DNA from: Chiloscyllium plagiosum | Taxonomy: Eukaryota | Assembly (NCBI RefSeq): GCF_004010195.1 | Contig: NC_057755.1 | Location: forward strand, 11,470,441 to 11,534,440 | Direction of reading: 5' to 3' | Length of the DNA: 64,000 nucleotides | Shown: piece by piece, positions 1 through 11,900 of the stretch | Numbering within the stretch: position 1 is the first letter of the stretch | Layout of the letters: each line of letters starts with the position of its first letter | Translations under genes and position numbers: made by a program | Notes under the pieces: generated by a model | The model's database searches: none | What the model saw: the letters and a program-made list of their open reading frames with translations, nothing else | Told to the model about the DNA's origin: nothing

Positions 1-143
1 GGTACATAATTATCAAGGTCACTCAATAGTTGCTCCTTGAACAAGCTCCACATATCAGTTACGCCCTTGTCTTGAAGCTTACTTTTCCAGGCCACACATC
101 CTAAGTCATGCCTCACAGCATCATAATTTCCCTACCCCCATCT

Positions 144-875
144 CTAACTCTTGCCCTGTAGTGCACACTTATCCCTCTCCATCACTAGAGTAAAAGTCAC
201 CGCATTGTGGTCACTGTCCCCAAAGTGCTCACCTACCTCTAATTCTAACACCTGGCCTGGTTCGTTACCCAGAACCAAATCCAGTATGGCCTCACCTCTT
301 GTTGGCCTGTCTACATATTGTGTCAGGAAACTCTCCTGCACACATTGAACAAACACTGTCCCATCTAACGAACTTGAGCTATAGCTTTCCCAATCAATAT
401 CAGGAAAGTTAAAGTCCCCCATAACAACCACCCTATTACTTTCTCTCTTCTCTTGCATCATCCTCGCAATCCTTTCTTCTACGTTTCTAGGACTATTAGG
501 AGGCCTGTAAAAAACTCCTAACAGGGTGAGCTCACCTTTCCTATTCCTAACCTCAGCCCAAACTACCTCAGATGGCAAGTCCTCATCCATCGTCCTTTCC
601 ACCACTGTAATATTATCTTTGACAAGCAATGCCACACCTCCCCCTCTTTTACCCCCCCCTCTGCCCCTACTCAAACATTTAAATCCTGGAACCTGCACCA
701 GCCAATCCTGTCCCTGTTCTAGCCATGTCTCCGTAATAGCCACAACATCGAAGTCCCAGGTACCAACCCACGCTGCAAGTTCACCTACCTTATTTCGTAT
801 ACTTCTTGCATTGAAGTATACACACTTCAAGCCACTTTCCTGTTTACAGACACCCTCCTTGGGAATTGATGCCAT
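144..875 (-). CDS. CR1 ORF2 apurinic-like endonuclease (EEP) domain; reading frame stops at 144
   Basis: YFNARSIRNK, VAITETWL, GGGVALLVK, GVFYRPP, VMGDFNFPDIDW, PTRGEAILDLVL and GDSDHN motifs. Confidence 0.92.
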   Translation of the reverse strand: MASIPKEGVCKQESGLKCVYFNARSIRNKVGELAAWVGTWDFDVVAITETWLEQGQDWLVQVPGFKCLSRGRGGGKRGGGVALLVKDNITVVERTMDEDLPSEVVWAEVRNRKGELTLLGVFYRPPNSPRNVEERIARMMQEKRESNRVVVMGDFNFPDIDWESYSSSSLDGTVFVQCVQESFLTQYVDRPTRGEAILDLVLGNEPGQVLELEVGEHFGDSDHNAVTFTLVMERDKCALQGKS

Positions 876-1030
876 GTTCCTAACCTCCTACACTCCAGGC
901 CCTGCACCCTGCAGCTACAATCTGGGTTCCCATGCCCCTGCAGAGTTAGTTTAAACCCCCCCCAAGAGCACTAGCAAACCTCCCAACAAGGATACTGGTG
1001 CCCCTTAGGTTCAGGTGTAGACCATCCTGT

Positions 1031-1657
1031 TTATAGAGGTCCCACCTTCCCCAGAAGGAAACCGCTGTTTTCCAAATACCGGAATCCCTCCCTCCTGCAC
1101 CATCCCTGTAGCCACGCATTTAAGTGTTCTCTTTCCCTATTCCTCGAATCTCTATCACGTGGCACGGGTAACAATCCAGAGACAACAACTCTGTTCGTTC
1201 TAACTTTGAGCTTCCAACCTAGCTCCCTGAAAGTCTGTCTAACATCCTCGGCACTCCTCCTACCTATGTCGTTGGTGCCAATGTGGACCACGACTTCGGG
1301 CTGCTGCCCCTCCCCCTTAAGGATCCGGGAAACACGATCAGAGACATCACGTACCCTTGCACCTGGGAGGGAACGTACACCAAACGTGAGTCTCTCGTTC
1401 CCACAAAACCTCCTATCTGTGCCCCGAACTATCGAGTCCCCAATTACTATTGCTCTGCTCTTCTCCATCCTTCCCTTCTGAGTATCGGGGACAGGCTCCG
1501 TGCCAGAGGCCTGAGCCCCGTTACTTACCCCTGCTAAGTCGTCCCCCCCACAAGTATCCAAAACGGTATACTTGTTCTTGAGGGGAACGGTCGCAGGGGG
1601 TCCCTGCACTGGCTGCTTCCTCCCAGTGTCCCTCACTGTCACCCATCTATCTGCCAT
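1031..1657 (-). pseudogene. CR1 ORF1 SGNH/GDSL esterase-like domain
   Basis: IVIGDSIVRG, LPGARVRDV, VVHIGTNDIG and VVVSGLLPVP blocks; C-terminus appears frameshifted. Confidence 0.88.
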
Positions 1658-1689
1658 CTTTGGAGTTACTACTTCCCTAAAGCTCCGAT

Positions 1690-1872
1690 CTATGACCCCT
1701 CTGCCTCCCGAATGATCCTAAGTTCATCCAACTCCAGCTCCAGTTCCCTAACACGGTCTTGGAGGAGCTGGAGATGGGTGCACTTCCTGCAAGTGTAATC
1801 AGCTGGGACAACCATGGCATCCCTACCCTCAAACATGTTGCAAGAGGAACATTGCACTGCCTTCACTGCCAT
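1690..1872 (-). pseudogene. CR1 ORF1 N-terminus (CxxC...CxxC zinc finger plus leucine-zipper-like coil), frameshifted from the rest of ORF1
   Basis: MAVKAVQCSSCNMF...YTCRKCTHLQLLQDRVRELELELDELR. Confidence 0.85.
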
Positions 1873-2479
1873 CCCTCTGAAAGTAACCTTTTACCACTGC
1901 GCGCTTTTAAAGGGAAAAAAACCTACCCGGCTGCCCCTCTGGTCTTCGTCACTTCTCCCTGCTGCTCCCGCTCTTTCTGTAAAGAGAGAAAAGAAAACAC
2001 CGCTGCCCGCTACCGGTAAGTAATTTTAAAACAAACTGTCTTACCTTAGCTGCTGCTCGCACTCAAAGTGATATCTGGAATTAAAAAGAGAAAAAAGACA
2101 GAATATATTTGGAAGAAGGAATGGTAAGTGACAATGTACATAAAACAGGATAATTTGAAATGACGGGAAATGATTTTACATACACTGTTGAAGCAGTGTG
2201 TGTTCAGATAGATAAAATTGTCATACGTGAAACGGAATGAACAATGTAGACACGGTTAACAAAATATGATGCATGTGATGTACAAATCTTGAAAAACATT
2301 AAAATGATATTTGGCCCCAATCTGAGGTGTCAGGTTCCTCTTCTCTCAATTTCCCTTCCTATCACTCCCTGCTCGAGTCGCTCACACTTATCAGGTTGTT
2401 TGTTTTATCCTTCTTCTTGTGTCCCAACTTATTTTAATTAATCCACTTTCTACCAAGAAATAAATGTATTATAAAGTTT

Positions 2480-2910
2480 TGTGATTAGTAGCGGAGGTTG
2501 TGATTTTGGATGCAAGTTTGCTCGTTCAATCAACGAGCCTTTGGTGAAGCACTGGTGTTACGCCCCGCTTTCTATTTATGTGTTTAGGTTTCCTTTGATT
2601 AGTGAAGTCACTTATGTGTTGTTGGTGTTCGTTCCATTTTTGGTGATGCTATTTCCTAATCTTGTATTTATCAAAGGGAGGGAAACGGGATCCAAGTCAA
2701 TGTGCTTTTTGGTAGAGTTCTGCTTGATATAACATGCATCTAGGAATTCTCGTGCGTGCCTCTGTTTGGCTTGTTCTAGGACGCATATATTTTCCCAGTT
2801 AAATCTGCAGAACACCATTCACCAGGATACATGAACATCAACCAACCACAAAAAGACATGACCCACTATCACTTGTATGGTTACATGGAGATGAGAAAGT
2901 ACACCACTTT
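2480..2910. mobile_element. Penelope-like element C-terminal (GIY-YIG region) fragment with internal inversion
   Basis: Minus 2612-2818 reads FNWENICVLEQAKQRHAREFLDA...KHIDLDPV; plus 2821-2910 reads TRIHEHQPTTKRHDPLSLVWLHGDEKVHHF, which looks like the immediately upstream part of the same protein. Confidence 0.7.
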
Positions 2911-3030
2911 GCGACTGAAGATGCTGGAGATCAGAGTCAAAATATGTGATGCTGGAAAATCACAGCGGGTAAAACAGCGTCCAAGGATTAGGAGAATGGA
3001 AGTTTCGAGCATTAACTCTTCGCCTGGAAT
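2911..3030 (-). mobile_element. Degenerate copy of the hammerhead-bearing Penelope-derived short repeat
   Basis: gatgctggagatcagagtcaaaatatgtgatgctggaaaa...gtttcgagcatta matches the reverse complement of 3679-3804. Confidence 0.65.
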
Positions 3031-3329
3031 CATGCCTAGTATTGACTTCTGACTTCAGAACTCACTGTCCTGCATGGGCATTGGAGGTCTGAATAGGAAG
3101 ATACAAAATAGAAACAAAATAAATCCTTTATACAGTAGTCTTTTTTCCCCAATCCCTTTTCAACTGGTTGACTGCGTTCTGTTTTTCCCACCAAACTGCA
3201 CAACATCTGATTTACCCAGTTCTGCACCTGTCACGTATTAGCCCAATCACTCCACTTGTCTCAATCACCTTGGAGCTATTTTTGCGTTCTGCTCACCCAC
3301 TCACAGTCCCACATCGTTTAGAGCTATCA

Positions 3330-3830
3330 GCAGACTTGTGGAAAAAAAATATTTGATTCCCTCAAACAAATGTTTGATATGTTGTACGAATAATTGGGAC
3401 CAAACACTTCACTAAAAACATATTGTTTTCTGTCTCCTCCTTGTTTCCTTTCAGCTCTCCTTTTCGAAAACCATGTCAATGTGTCATCCCCAATCCCATA
3501 AGATTTGTTTTTACACAATAAGATTGGGATCTATCCATTTCTTCCTGAAAATCCAAATCCCAACTTCAAGGTCATTGGATAAATGGAAATAGTGTAGGAT
3601 AGATGGGCTTCAAACTGGTTCCAAAGATCGTCGCAACATCGAGGGCCAAAAAGCCTATACTGAACTGCAATTATCTATTCCTGAAGAAGGGCTTATGCCC
3701 GAAACGTCGATTCTCCTGTTCCCTGGATGCTGCCTGACCTGCTGCGCTTTTCCAGCAACACATTTTCAGCTCTGATCTCCAGCATCTGCAGACCTCACTT
3801 TCTCCTGCAATTATCTATGTTCTATTGCAG
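3330..3830. mobile_element. Old CR1 fragments (minus-strand RT piece 3330-3540; plus-strand 3' tail 3570-3830)
   Basis: KSYGIGDDTLTWF...RKQ RT-like peptide; tail gagggccaaaaagcctatactg...tatgttctat. Confidence 0.55.
3679..3804 (+). mobile_element. Penelope pLTR-derived short element with hammerhead core; 14-bp TSD
   Basis: CTGAAGA-A-GGGC-ttat-GCCC-GAAAC-GTC at 3681-3708; ctgcaattatctat duplicated at 3665-3678 and 3805-3818. Confidence 0.85.
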
Positions 3831-4399
3831 ACATTGTTACACTATAATGTATCTGCCATTCGGTTTCTCAAATATGATTCCCATTTCATAAATCTTTTTG
3901 ACTGTGTCTGTTCCCATTACGTTCAATACCAACAATTGCTTCAAAAACGTTTCTTTATTAATTTTATTCTATTCCCCTTTTCTCAACAGACTTTGTTTTC
4001 CAAGTATTGCTGGGAGGATGTTTTTATTGGTTTGCTTTCTCTTGTTAAGACAGAACTGAATTAGTTGCTTCATAGTTCTGCCATCTCCTTGTTCTCCAAC
4101 TTCTTTTCAGACTGTAATGAAGCCACGTTTGTTTACATTAACCTTTCCCAGTGGCACAATTTTTGAGTATCTTACAGCTCACTCACGTAACACTTGTAAA
4201 TATACTCTTCAGTAACCCAACAATACCTGTCCGCACCATACAATCGCAGAAGTAAATACTCTGTACCATCAAAAAGACAGCACAGTCTACATTAGCCCCA
4301 CTTTTCTTTGTCAGGCAACTAACCGTGAATGTTATAACACTTAAGGTACTGGTCCAAGTATTTTTTAATGGTTATGAGGTTAGCGTGACAAGCTCCCTC

Positions 4400-5135
4400 T
4401 TAGGCAGTGCATTCCAGACCCAACATCCTCCAGGTGAAAATCAATCATCAAATCCTCACTAAATCTCAAAACTTTCACTTTAAAGTGTGCACCCTTTTTC
4501 TTTGTTCTTTGATTGAAATGAACAGCTGCTGTCTATCCACCCTGTCCATGTCCCTCGCAATTTCATTTTTCTGGATCACGTCCTCTTCAGACTGCTCGGG
4601 GCAGCACAATGGCTCAGTGGTTAGCACTGTTGCCTCATGGCACCAGGTATTGTCTGTGTGGAGTTTGTCATTCTCGCCATGTCTGCGTGAGTTTCCTCTG
4701 TGTGTTCTGGTTTACTCCCACAGTCCAAAGATGTGCAGGTCAGGTGAATAGGCCAATCTAAATTGCCTGTAATGTTAGATGCATTAGTCAGAGGGAAATA
4801 TGTCTGGGTGGGTTACTCTTCAGAGGGCCGGTGTGGTCTTGTTGGTTCAAAGGGCATGTTTCCACACTGTAGGGAATCTAATCTCACCTGCTCCAAAGTA
4901 AACAACAAGAACTTATCCAATCTCTCTTCACAGCTAATATGTTCCATCCCAGGGAACATCCTGGTGAATCTCTGCTACACCCCTTCTAGTGGGATCATGT
5001 CCTTCCTGTAATATGCCTCTCAGAACAGCACACAGTATTCCATCTATGGCCTAACCAAGGTCCTGGATAGCTCTTATAACCTAAATCTCAATGAATAAAG
5101 GCAATGCCCAATGGGTGCCTATGCCTTCTTAACCT
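4400..5135 (-). mobile_element. CR1 3' RT/tail fragment interrupted by an HE1 SINE
   Basis: aacatcctggtgaatctctgctacacccct and cacacagtattccatctatggcctaaccaagg are reverse complements of the ERVQRRFTRM and LVRPHLEYCV coding regions. Confidence 0.7.
4597..4884 (+). mobile_element. HE1-like V-SINE (tRNA-derived head, internally deleted)
   Basis: tggctcagtggttagcactg A-box head, tgtggagtttg...gtctgcgtgagtttcc V-domain, CR1-type tail ending aatctaatct. Confidence 0.85.
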
Positions 5136-5151
5136 GACTATTACTCTGCTA

Positions 5152-5361
5152 TGGAGAACGTCTGGACTGCAGATGCTGGAGATCAGAGTTCAGAATGTGA
5201 TGCTTGGAAAACACATCATCTCAGGCCGCAGCAGAGGAGCAGGAGAATCGACGTTTCAGACATAAGCTCAATTCCTGAAGAAGGGCTTTTGTCCGAAACG
5301 TCGATTCACCTGCTCCTCTGATGCTGCATGATTTTCTGTGCTTTTCCAGCATCACACTCCC
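5152..5361. mobile_element. Palindromic hammerhead/Penelope-derived element, older copy
   Basis: Inverted arms around attcctgaagaagggcttttgtccgaaacgtc; TSD gactattac(t/c)ctg at 5136-5148 and 5362-5374. Confidence 0.8.
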
Positions 5362-5699
5362 GACTATTACCCTGACCAGTCACGTTCATGGATCAGTGGA
5401 GAAGTACGCTCTGAGCTTCCCAGTGTGCTGCCTTTCGTTGAGTACTCCCCTGTATGGTTTCTTCTTCCAAAGTACATCACCTTATAGTTATCAGGGTTAC
5501 ATTCCACCTGCCATTAACTACACATCTGACCATTTCATCTCCGTCTTTCTGTGGCATAAGGTCTTCCTCCTCAGTTTAGGTGGAAGTTTTTCGCTTGGAT
5601 TGAGGGTTGGCGAACGTTCAAAATACAGAGAGATGGAATAGATGTGTCGTTTTATGATTAGCAGCTTTTAGGATGCCATAGAGTTCAGATTACAGTCCC

Positions 5700-6630
5700 C
5701 GATTATTTGCCACCTGTTATATTACATGGGAGAGGGGATAGAAAACACTACAGCCATATTTTCAGCTGATACTAAAGCAGGTGGAAAAGTAAACTGATGC
5801 AACGATAAATACAAATTGACATGAATAGTTTAGATGAATGGGCAAACATCTGGCAGATAAAATTTAACGTTGATCATAACGGGGTTATCCATTTCGATTC
5901 GAGAAATCGAAAGTCAACATGTGATGTAAATGGAGACAAACTTCAGAGCGCTTACGTGCAAAGAGATGTGGCTGTCCATATGCCTATCACAGAAAACTCA
6001 CAAGCAGGTACAGTAGTGAATGAGAAAGGTAAATACAATTTCAGCACTTAGTTGTAAAATGATAGAGTATTAAGGGAGGGAAGAATTACTGCAACTCTGT
6101 TGTGGTACTGTACTGGAGTACTGTGGACAGTTTTGGTGCCTGACTGCAGGAGGGATGTAGTTGCATTGGAAACAGTTCAGAAGAGGTTTACTAGATTGAT
6201 TCTGGAGATGACGAGTTTGTCTTATAAAAGAGAGATTGAGCAGTTCAGGCCTGTACTCTCGGGAGTTTAGAAGAATAAGAGGAAATCCCATTGAGGTCAG
6301 TAAGATGCTACAGGTGATTGACAATGTAGATTTGGAGTGGATAATTCCTCATTTAGGGCAAAATAGAACAAGAGATCAGCGCTTTAGGATAAAGTGGTGC
6401 AGACTTAAAACAGGGGTGAAAGAACTTACTTCTCCTAAAGGATTGTGACTCTGTGTCTGTACCAGACTCCAGTGGATGTTGCGACATTGAGTAAATGAAA
6501 TGATATGGAAAGCAGGCAAGAAAGTGAGACTGAAGCTGAGATGACAGCAGCCATGATTGCATTAAATGGCGAAGGAGGTCCGAGGGGCTGAATTGGCGAC
6601 TGTAGCTCCTCATTCTTATTCAGCCCTTCG
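5700..6630 (+). mobile_element. Degenerate CR1 3' end (RT C-terminus and 3'UTR)
   Basis: LDEWANIWQIKFNVD, ctggagtactgtggacagttttgg (LEYC.QFW), LYSREFRRIRG peptides; tail gaggggctgaattggcgact. Confidence 0.85.
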
Positions 6631-7129
6631 AATGTTCTACACAGGAATGAGTGAGGACTGGTTATCAATCAGGAAGCAGGCACTCAGGATAAATCAGTAT
6701 TTATCAGTTTGACAGAAAATAACCAATGGAGACACACAGCAAGCAGTGATGGTTCTCAGCTATTTATAATCAATATCAATGATCAGGTGGAGTGGAAACA
6801 TATACAGTAATAGCATTTGGCGATGACACTCAAATAAGCAGTTAATTAAAGTATCTAGAGAAAATGGAAAATCTGCTAACAGATATAAACAGGTAATAGT
6901 TTGGCAGGTGGAATATAACATGATGCATAACCTGCTTGTTTTCAGGAAGAATGGGAGGCAATATGTTACCGAAATAGAGAGAAATTACAGGACATAGAGC
7001 ATTGAACATTACAGAGCAGTACGGGCCCTTCACCCCATGATGTTGCGCTGACCTGTGAATCCAATCTAAAGCCCATATAACCTCCACTATTTCATTATCA
7101 TCCATATGTTTATTTAAATGTAGCTCTAT

Positions 7130-8290
7130 TTTTGCTGCAGCAGCAAGAGCAGTGAGAGCGAGGACTGCAGGCTACCGGAAAGGTAAATTTTGAAATGAAA
7201 GCTGACCTCGTGCATCCGTGAAGTGCACGTTGAGCAGAACCAGACACAGGACAGCTCAGTAAGTGTGGTAATATATTTGGGCAGTTGCTTTCCCGAAACA
7301 TTACTAAGGTAGTGTCTTCCACCCACTCTCCTCGAAACAAAAAGAAAGGATTATGTGCTCCAGACTGTTTTTTTTCCAACAGTCTCTTTGGGAATTGAGA
7401 ACAGTGGGAATGGATGTTTCAGCACGTGAATGCACCTGATGCAAAATGTGGAAGGAGAGGGTCACCACCTGTGTCCCCACTGAATTCATCTGCTGGAAAT
7501 GCACCAACTCCAGCTCCTTGGAAACGACGTAAGGGAACTGGAGCTGGATCTGGATGAATTTTGGATAATTCAGGAGGCTTAGTAGGTTATTGAGAGGAGT
7601 GACAGGGAGATAGTCGCACCTCAGATACAGGAATAAGGGTTAGAGTCAGGGGATTGAAATGTTACAGGCAGACAGTGCAGCAACTCCCTGTGGCCATTCA
7701 CCTCATTAACACGTGTACCTTTTTGTATACTGTTGTCGAGGGGAGGGCAACATAACACAGGTAAGCCATGAGGTTCAGGTCTCTGGTACAGAGTCTGTCC
7801 CCCTGTTGCTCAGAAGGGAAGGGGGAAATGGGATCAGAGCATTATTCACTGAGGACTTCATAATTAGGGGGACAGATACGACGTTCTTCGGGAGCGAGAG
7901 AGACTCACGGTTGACGTGTTGCCTCCCAGATGCGAGGGTTCGTGATGTCTTGGATGGTATTTATGGGATCCTTAAGGGGGTGGATGAGCAGCCCAAGTCG
8001 TGGTCCACATAGGCCCCAACGACATTGGTAGGAAAATCTATTGGAATGTAAGGGAGAAATTCATTGAGTTGGCGTGGAAGCTTAGAGATGGAACAAACAG
8101 ACGTGTTATCTCTGGTTTGTTATCCGTGCCATGTGCTGGTGAGGCAAGGAATAGGGAGAGAGACCAGTTGAGCACATTGCTACAGGATGGTGCAGGAGGG
8201 AGGGATTCGGATACCTGAATAACTGGGGTCCATTCTGTGGTAGTTGGGACCTCTCCAAACGGGATGGTCTGCACCTGAATCACAGGAGTT
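7130..8290 (+). mobile_element. Older CR1 5'UTR plus ORF1 (zinc finger, SGNH), many stops and frameshifts
   Basis: Collinear with 1031-1872: tcatctgctggaaatgcacc...gaactggagctggatctggatgaa; CCLPDARVRDV; VHIGPNDIG; VISGLLSVP. Confidence 0.85.
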
Positions 8291-8548
8291 ACAAGTTAGC
8301 CAGGAAGGAACCAAAGGTAGTGCTATGAAGAGCTAGGAGGAGATCTGAGAAATCTTTGGCAGTAGTATCAAGGTAAACCCTAATGCTTTCTATCAGTAAG
8401 TCAGGAATAAAAGAATGACGAAAGTAAGATTATGACCAGTCAACGACAGTGGTGGGAAGTTGTGCATGGAGTCCGAGGAGGTGGAACAGGCATTAAATGA
8501 ATATATTTCATCAGCATTCACATTGGTAAGAGACAATGTTGTCGAGGG
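8291..8548 (+). mobile_element. CR1 ORF2 linker fragment (between endonuclease and RT)
   Basis: LCMESEEVEQALNEYISSAFT and aaggtaaaccctaatgctttctat (K.NP.AFY). Confidence 0.7.
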
Positions 8549-8549
8549 G

Positions 8550-9100
8550 ATCTCTGTATCCCCTGGCTTACCTCAGGTAAATCGTCCGGCCAACAGTTTC
8601 CAAAATAGTATGCCTGTCATTGAGCGGAACGGCCACTGGGGGTCATTGCACTGTCTGCCATCTGCCTTTTTGTCCACTGATTGTAACTCATCTACGTTTT
8701 TCCTGTAGCTAAGGCGTGACTACATGCCTGTAACTCCATTCAATTACACCCTCAACCTCTCAAATGATCCGAATTCCATCCACTTCAGCTCCAGTTCCCT
8801 AATGCAGTTTCTGAGGAGCTGGAGTTGGCTGCCCTCCCCGTAGATAAGGTTAGTGGGAACACTAGTGATGAACCTCAGCTCCCACATTTTGCATAAGGAA
8901 CATAAAACTGTCCTAATATCCATTCCCACTGTGCTGAATTTACAAAGGGACTATTGAAAAAAAAGACTAGTAACCTTACTGAATCAGTGCACAGATCATT
9001 TTTATTTGGTTTGAGGAGGGGGATGGGTGAGAGGCGCTAATTTGGAAGTTTTTCAGTTAAAACAACAGCCCAATTACATTACCTCACTTACACAGCCTGT
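8550..9100 (-). mobile_element. Third CR1 5'UTR/ORF1 N-terminal fragment
   Basis: MDIRTVLCSLCKMWELR...LQLLRNCIRELELK, homologous to 1690-1872. Confidence 0.8.
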
Positions 9101-9459
9101 CTCCAGCTTCTTGTTCAGTCAGGATCCACCCACACCATGCTCCTTTGTTAAGTGTCGCTTGGGAAGCTGGTTTGGAAAACCTCGTGTGGATATGGCAAAT
9201 GCCTTTTCCCTCACACATACTCACTCTGTGGTTTCAGAGCTTCCCTTTTGTTCAGCCTCCAGTCCATTTGTTGTTCATGTTGCAGACCCAGATGCTGGAA
9301 ATGCAATCACCATGCTCCGTCCAGAATTGTGTGACAAAATCAGAATTGTGTCACATGAATGCCTGAGGCAGTTCACAGTACATCCTCCAGCAAACCATCC
9401 CCAACAGCTCTACTAACGTTTCAGTTGCAGGAGTCAGTCAGAAGCCCCTCAGCCAAGAA

Positions 9460-10092
9460 CGTTATGGACCAGACCAGAAATGCTCAAAATATTTTGAGAA
9501 GGCAGCCTGGACACTAACTTTCCTTATTTTGGAACAAAGATGTGAACTGAATCTTCCACATATGTTCTGACTGGTCAAACCACTCAGGAAATATGATTGT
9601 TTTAAATGATATAATTGAGTTAAAATGCAAACAAAGTAAAGAATAATTTGTAATAGCTTATATACTTGAACCCTTACACAAACAATAGAAACAGTACCTT
9701 CTACGAATTAATGGTTCGAATGTAGTCACATCCCCTAAATATACTCCTTGGCAAAAAGGGAAATTGCAGTTCTCCAATCCAGGAGTAAACAACATAAAGA
9801 GAGATTTCAGATAGCACAGCAGCTCAGGACCATGAACTGAAATTTGCAAACCTTCTGGGATCACATGAAGTTTCTAAACGCTGCAGTTAAAAACAGAACG
9901 GGAAGACTTGGTCTGTGAGAGCTGTCCATTGCCCTTCGGTTGTTACCACCGTTTAAAGTAAACCTGAAGGCCTCCTACTTTATTTACAGAAGTCCTTTTC
10001 AGTAAAAGCAGTTTAGTACCTCTGCCCTTAAGACCTCTCTTCAAAATTAACCCAAGAGGAAATAAACTTTTTGAATTGACAGTATTGTCACA
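9460..10092 (-). mobile_element. Putative 3' LTR of a Gypsy-type retrotransposon
   Basis: On the minus strand a polypurine tract AAAAGGAGGAAG (10093-10104) is directly followed by TGTGAC; far end ...CCATAACG (degenerate TG...CA); lies downstream of the gag remnant. Confidence 0.6.
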
Positions 10093-10449
10093 CTTCCTCC
10101 TTTTAAAAAAGAACCATCTATATGCAAAGACGGCTTCATTTTAAGCTCCTTCTTCTTACTCTGATAATATGCTAGAATACATATATATTACATTGACTCT
10201 AAACGTGCAAACATTCACAACTACATTCTACTTCAGTCAGTTCATTCTGGGCAGAGAATGCCTCCGCCTTTTCTCATCAAAGTCTCGACAACATCTCGAC
10301 ATTAAGTTTTCTTGTCCTCTCACCTGTTTAAGTTTCAAATTGAATGGCAATAATTATAAGCGCCATCTAAACAAACTGGAACTTTTCTCCTTAAAGTTCT
10401 CCATAAACTTTTAGAGGTTATGATCAGGATATAGCTCAGACACGTTATG

Positions 10450-11900
10450 GCAATTAAAATGCCGAAATGTTTTTTTTATTTAACACCAACACCATGCTCA
10501 AGGTCTTTTTTTTCAATTGTGGAACAGTGCTGTTGATGGTTTCACCAGACACTCCAACTAGACTTTACATAATGGAGTACTTCTCATCTGTCCAATAGTC
10601 CTTCTGAATGACATATCTCCTCATGCCTCAGCATCAAAGGTTTACATGCTTCTGTATCTCTTAATACTGTAACTTTTTTACACGCTACTTCTTGCCAACC
10701 TTCCTCTCACAGGTACTTGGTTTCAGAAGATCTCACACATTCTTCTCAAACAATTTCCAAGTAGGTTGTACATTCTGGTGCAGGCTTTAATCTTCCATCT
10801 TTACCACTTCAATTAAATCGACTGGTTTGTGGGCGGCACGGTGGCACAGTGGTTAGCACTGCTGCCTCACAAGCACCAGAGACCTGGGTTCAATTCCCGC
10901 CTCAGGCGACTGACTGTGTGGAGTTTGCACATTCTCCCCGTGTCTGCGTGGGTTTCCTCCGGGTGCTCCGGTTTCCTCCCACAGTCCAAAAATGTGCAGA
11001 TTAGGTGAATTGGCCACGCTAAATTGCCCATAGTGTTAGGTGCAGGGGTAAAGGTAGGGGAATGGGTCTGGGTGGGTGCGCTTCGGCGGGTCGGTGTGGA
11101 CTTGTTGGGCCGAAGGGCCTCTTTCAACACTGTAAAGTAATCTAATCTAATCTAATCATGTTTCCCAGTGCTTTTTCAAACTCAAGAACGTTATGATTTC
11201 ATCTGACCTACTTTATTGCAGTGATAACACTTGAGGTTTATAACTTCCCTTTTCACTTCAAGGGTTTCCCTTCTATTTTGTTGAAAACTACCAGTGAGAT
11301 CTACTTTTCTCTTACCACCTGAGGATTTCTCTTTTCCCCAATCTCTGTCCCTCACAGATGTCATATTCGATTGATGGACTGTCTCATAATCATCAGTTAT
11401 TTTAGTTTCTAACCTTGCCATATTAACTCTCTGCTCTTCCACTCGAGTTGTCATGACCTCAGGAAGTGAAATTTTGAACTTCTCCAAAATATGAGAGCTT
11501 TGCTTTGTCTTTAATGTCTTCATCCACCTGTCAAAACTTTCCTTGTTTGATCCTTTCAAACTCAACATACATTCAATCAGGGACATTTTTCGATTCCAGA
11601 AACGCTTCTGGCATAAGCTCATATGCACGTCAGATGGCTTTCTTCACCTCCTCATACGCCCCAGATACCTCCTCCAATAGTGATACAAATACCTCACTCG
11701 TTATACCTACAAGCTTTGTTTGTATCAACTAAATCCAGAGTCATTGGCAACTGTATTCGTTTAGCCACTTTCCCAAATGAAATTAAAAATGGTTCTCCAT
11801 TGTTCTCATCCAATGTAGACAATTACTGTATATATTTAAACAGATCCACATCAAGCCATTAGCTACTACAGGCTTGTTCACCTTTAATATCCTCCTCATT
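10450..11900 (-). pseudogene. Degenerate Gypsy (Gmr1/SCAN-related type) gag with zinc knuckle and probable protease remnant
   Basis: FLISFGKVAK / LIQTKLVG..SEVFVSL....GAYEEVKKAI*RAYELMPEA / FDRWMK...ILEKFKISLP / KCYHCNKVG; VTVLRDT-like motif near 10660. Confidence 0.75.
10831..11156 (+). mobile_element. Young full-length HE1 V-SINE inserted in the gag region
   Basis: gggcggcacggtggcacagtggttagcactg (A box), gggttcaattccc (B box), V-domain, tail gggccgaagggcct...(taatc)n. Confidence 0.93.

Larger units (their letters stand above)
1..2065 (-). mobile_element. Young CR1-clade LINE, 5' part (5'UTR, ORF1, start of ORF2); continues beyond window start
   Basis: ORF1 zinc finger, SGNH esterase and APE endonuclease ORFs in CR1 order on the minus strand, with few disruptions. 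Confidence 0.93.

Noticed and set aside
151..1537. Plus-strand ORFs at 151, 526, 1206 and 1283
   Set aside because: Antisense shadows of the CR1 ORFs.
9027..9416. Cadherin-like VADPDAGNA motif
   Set aside because: Single short motif, not preserved in the paralogous copy (VAYPDAV), and no other cadherin motifs.
10831..10905. tRNA gene
   Set aside because: A and B boxes belong to the SINE head and run directly into the V-domain and LINE-like tail.
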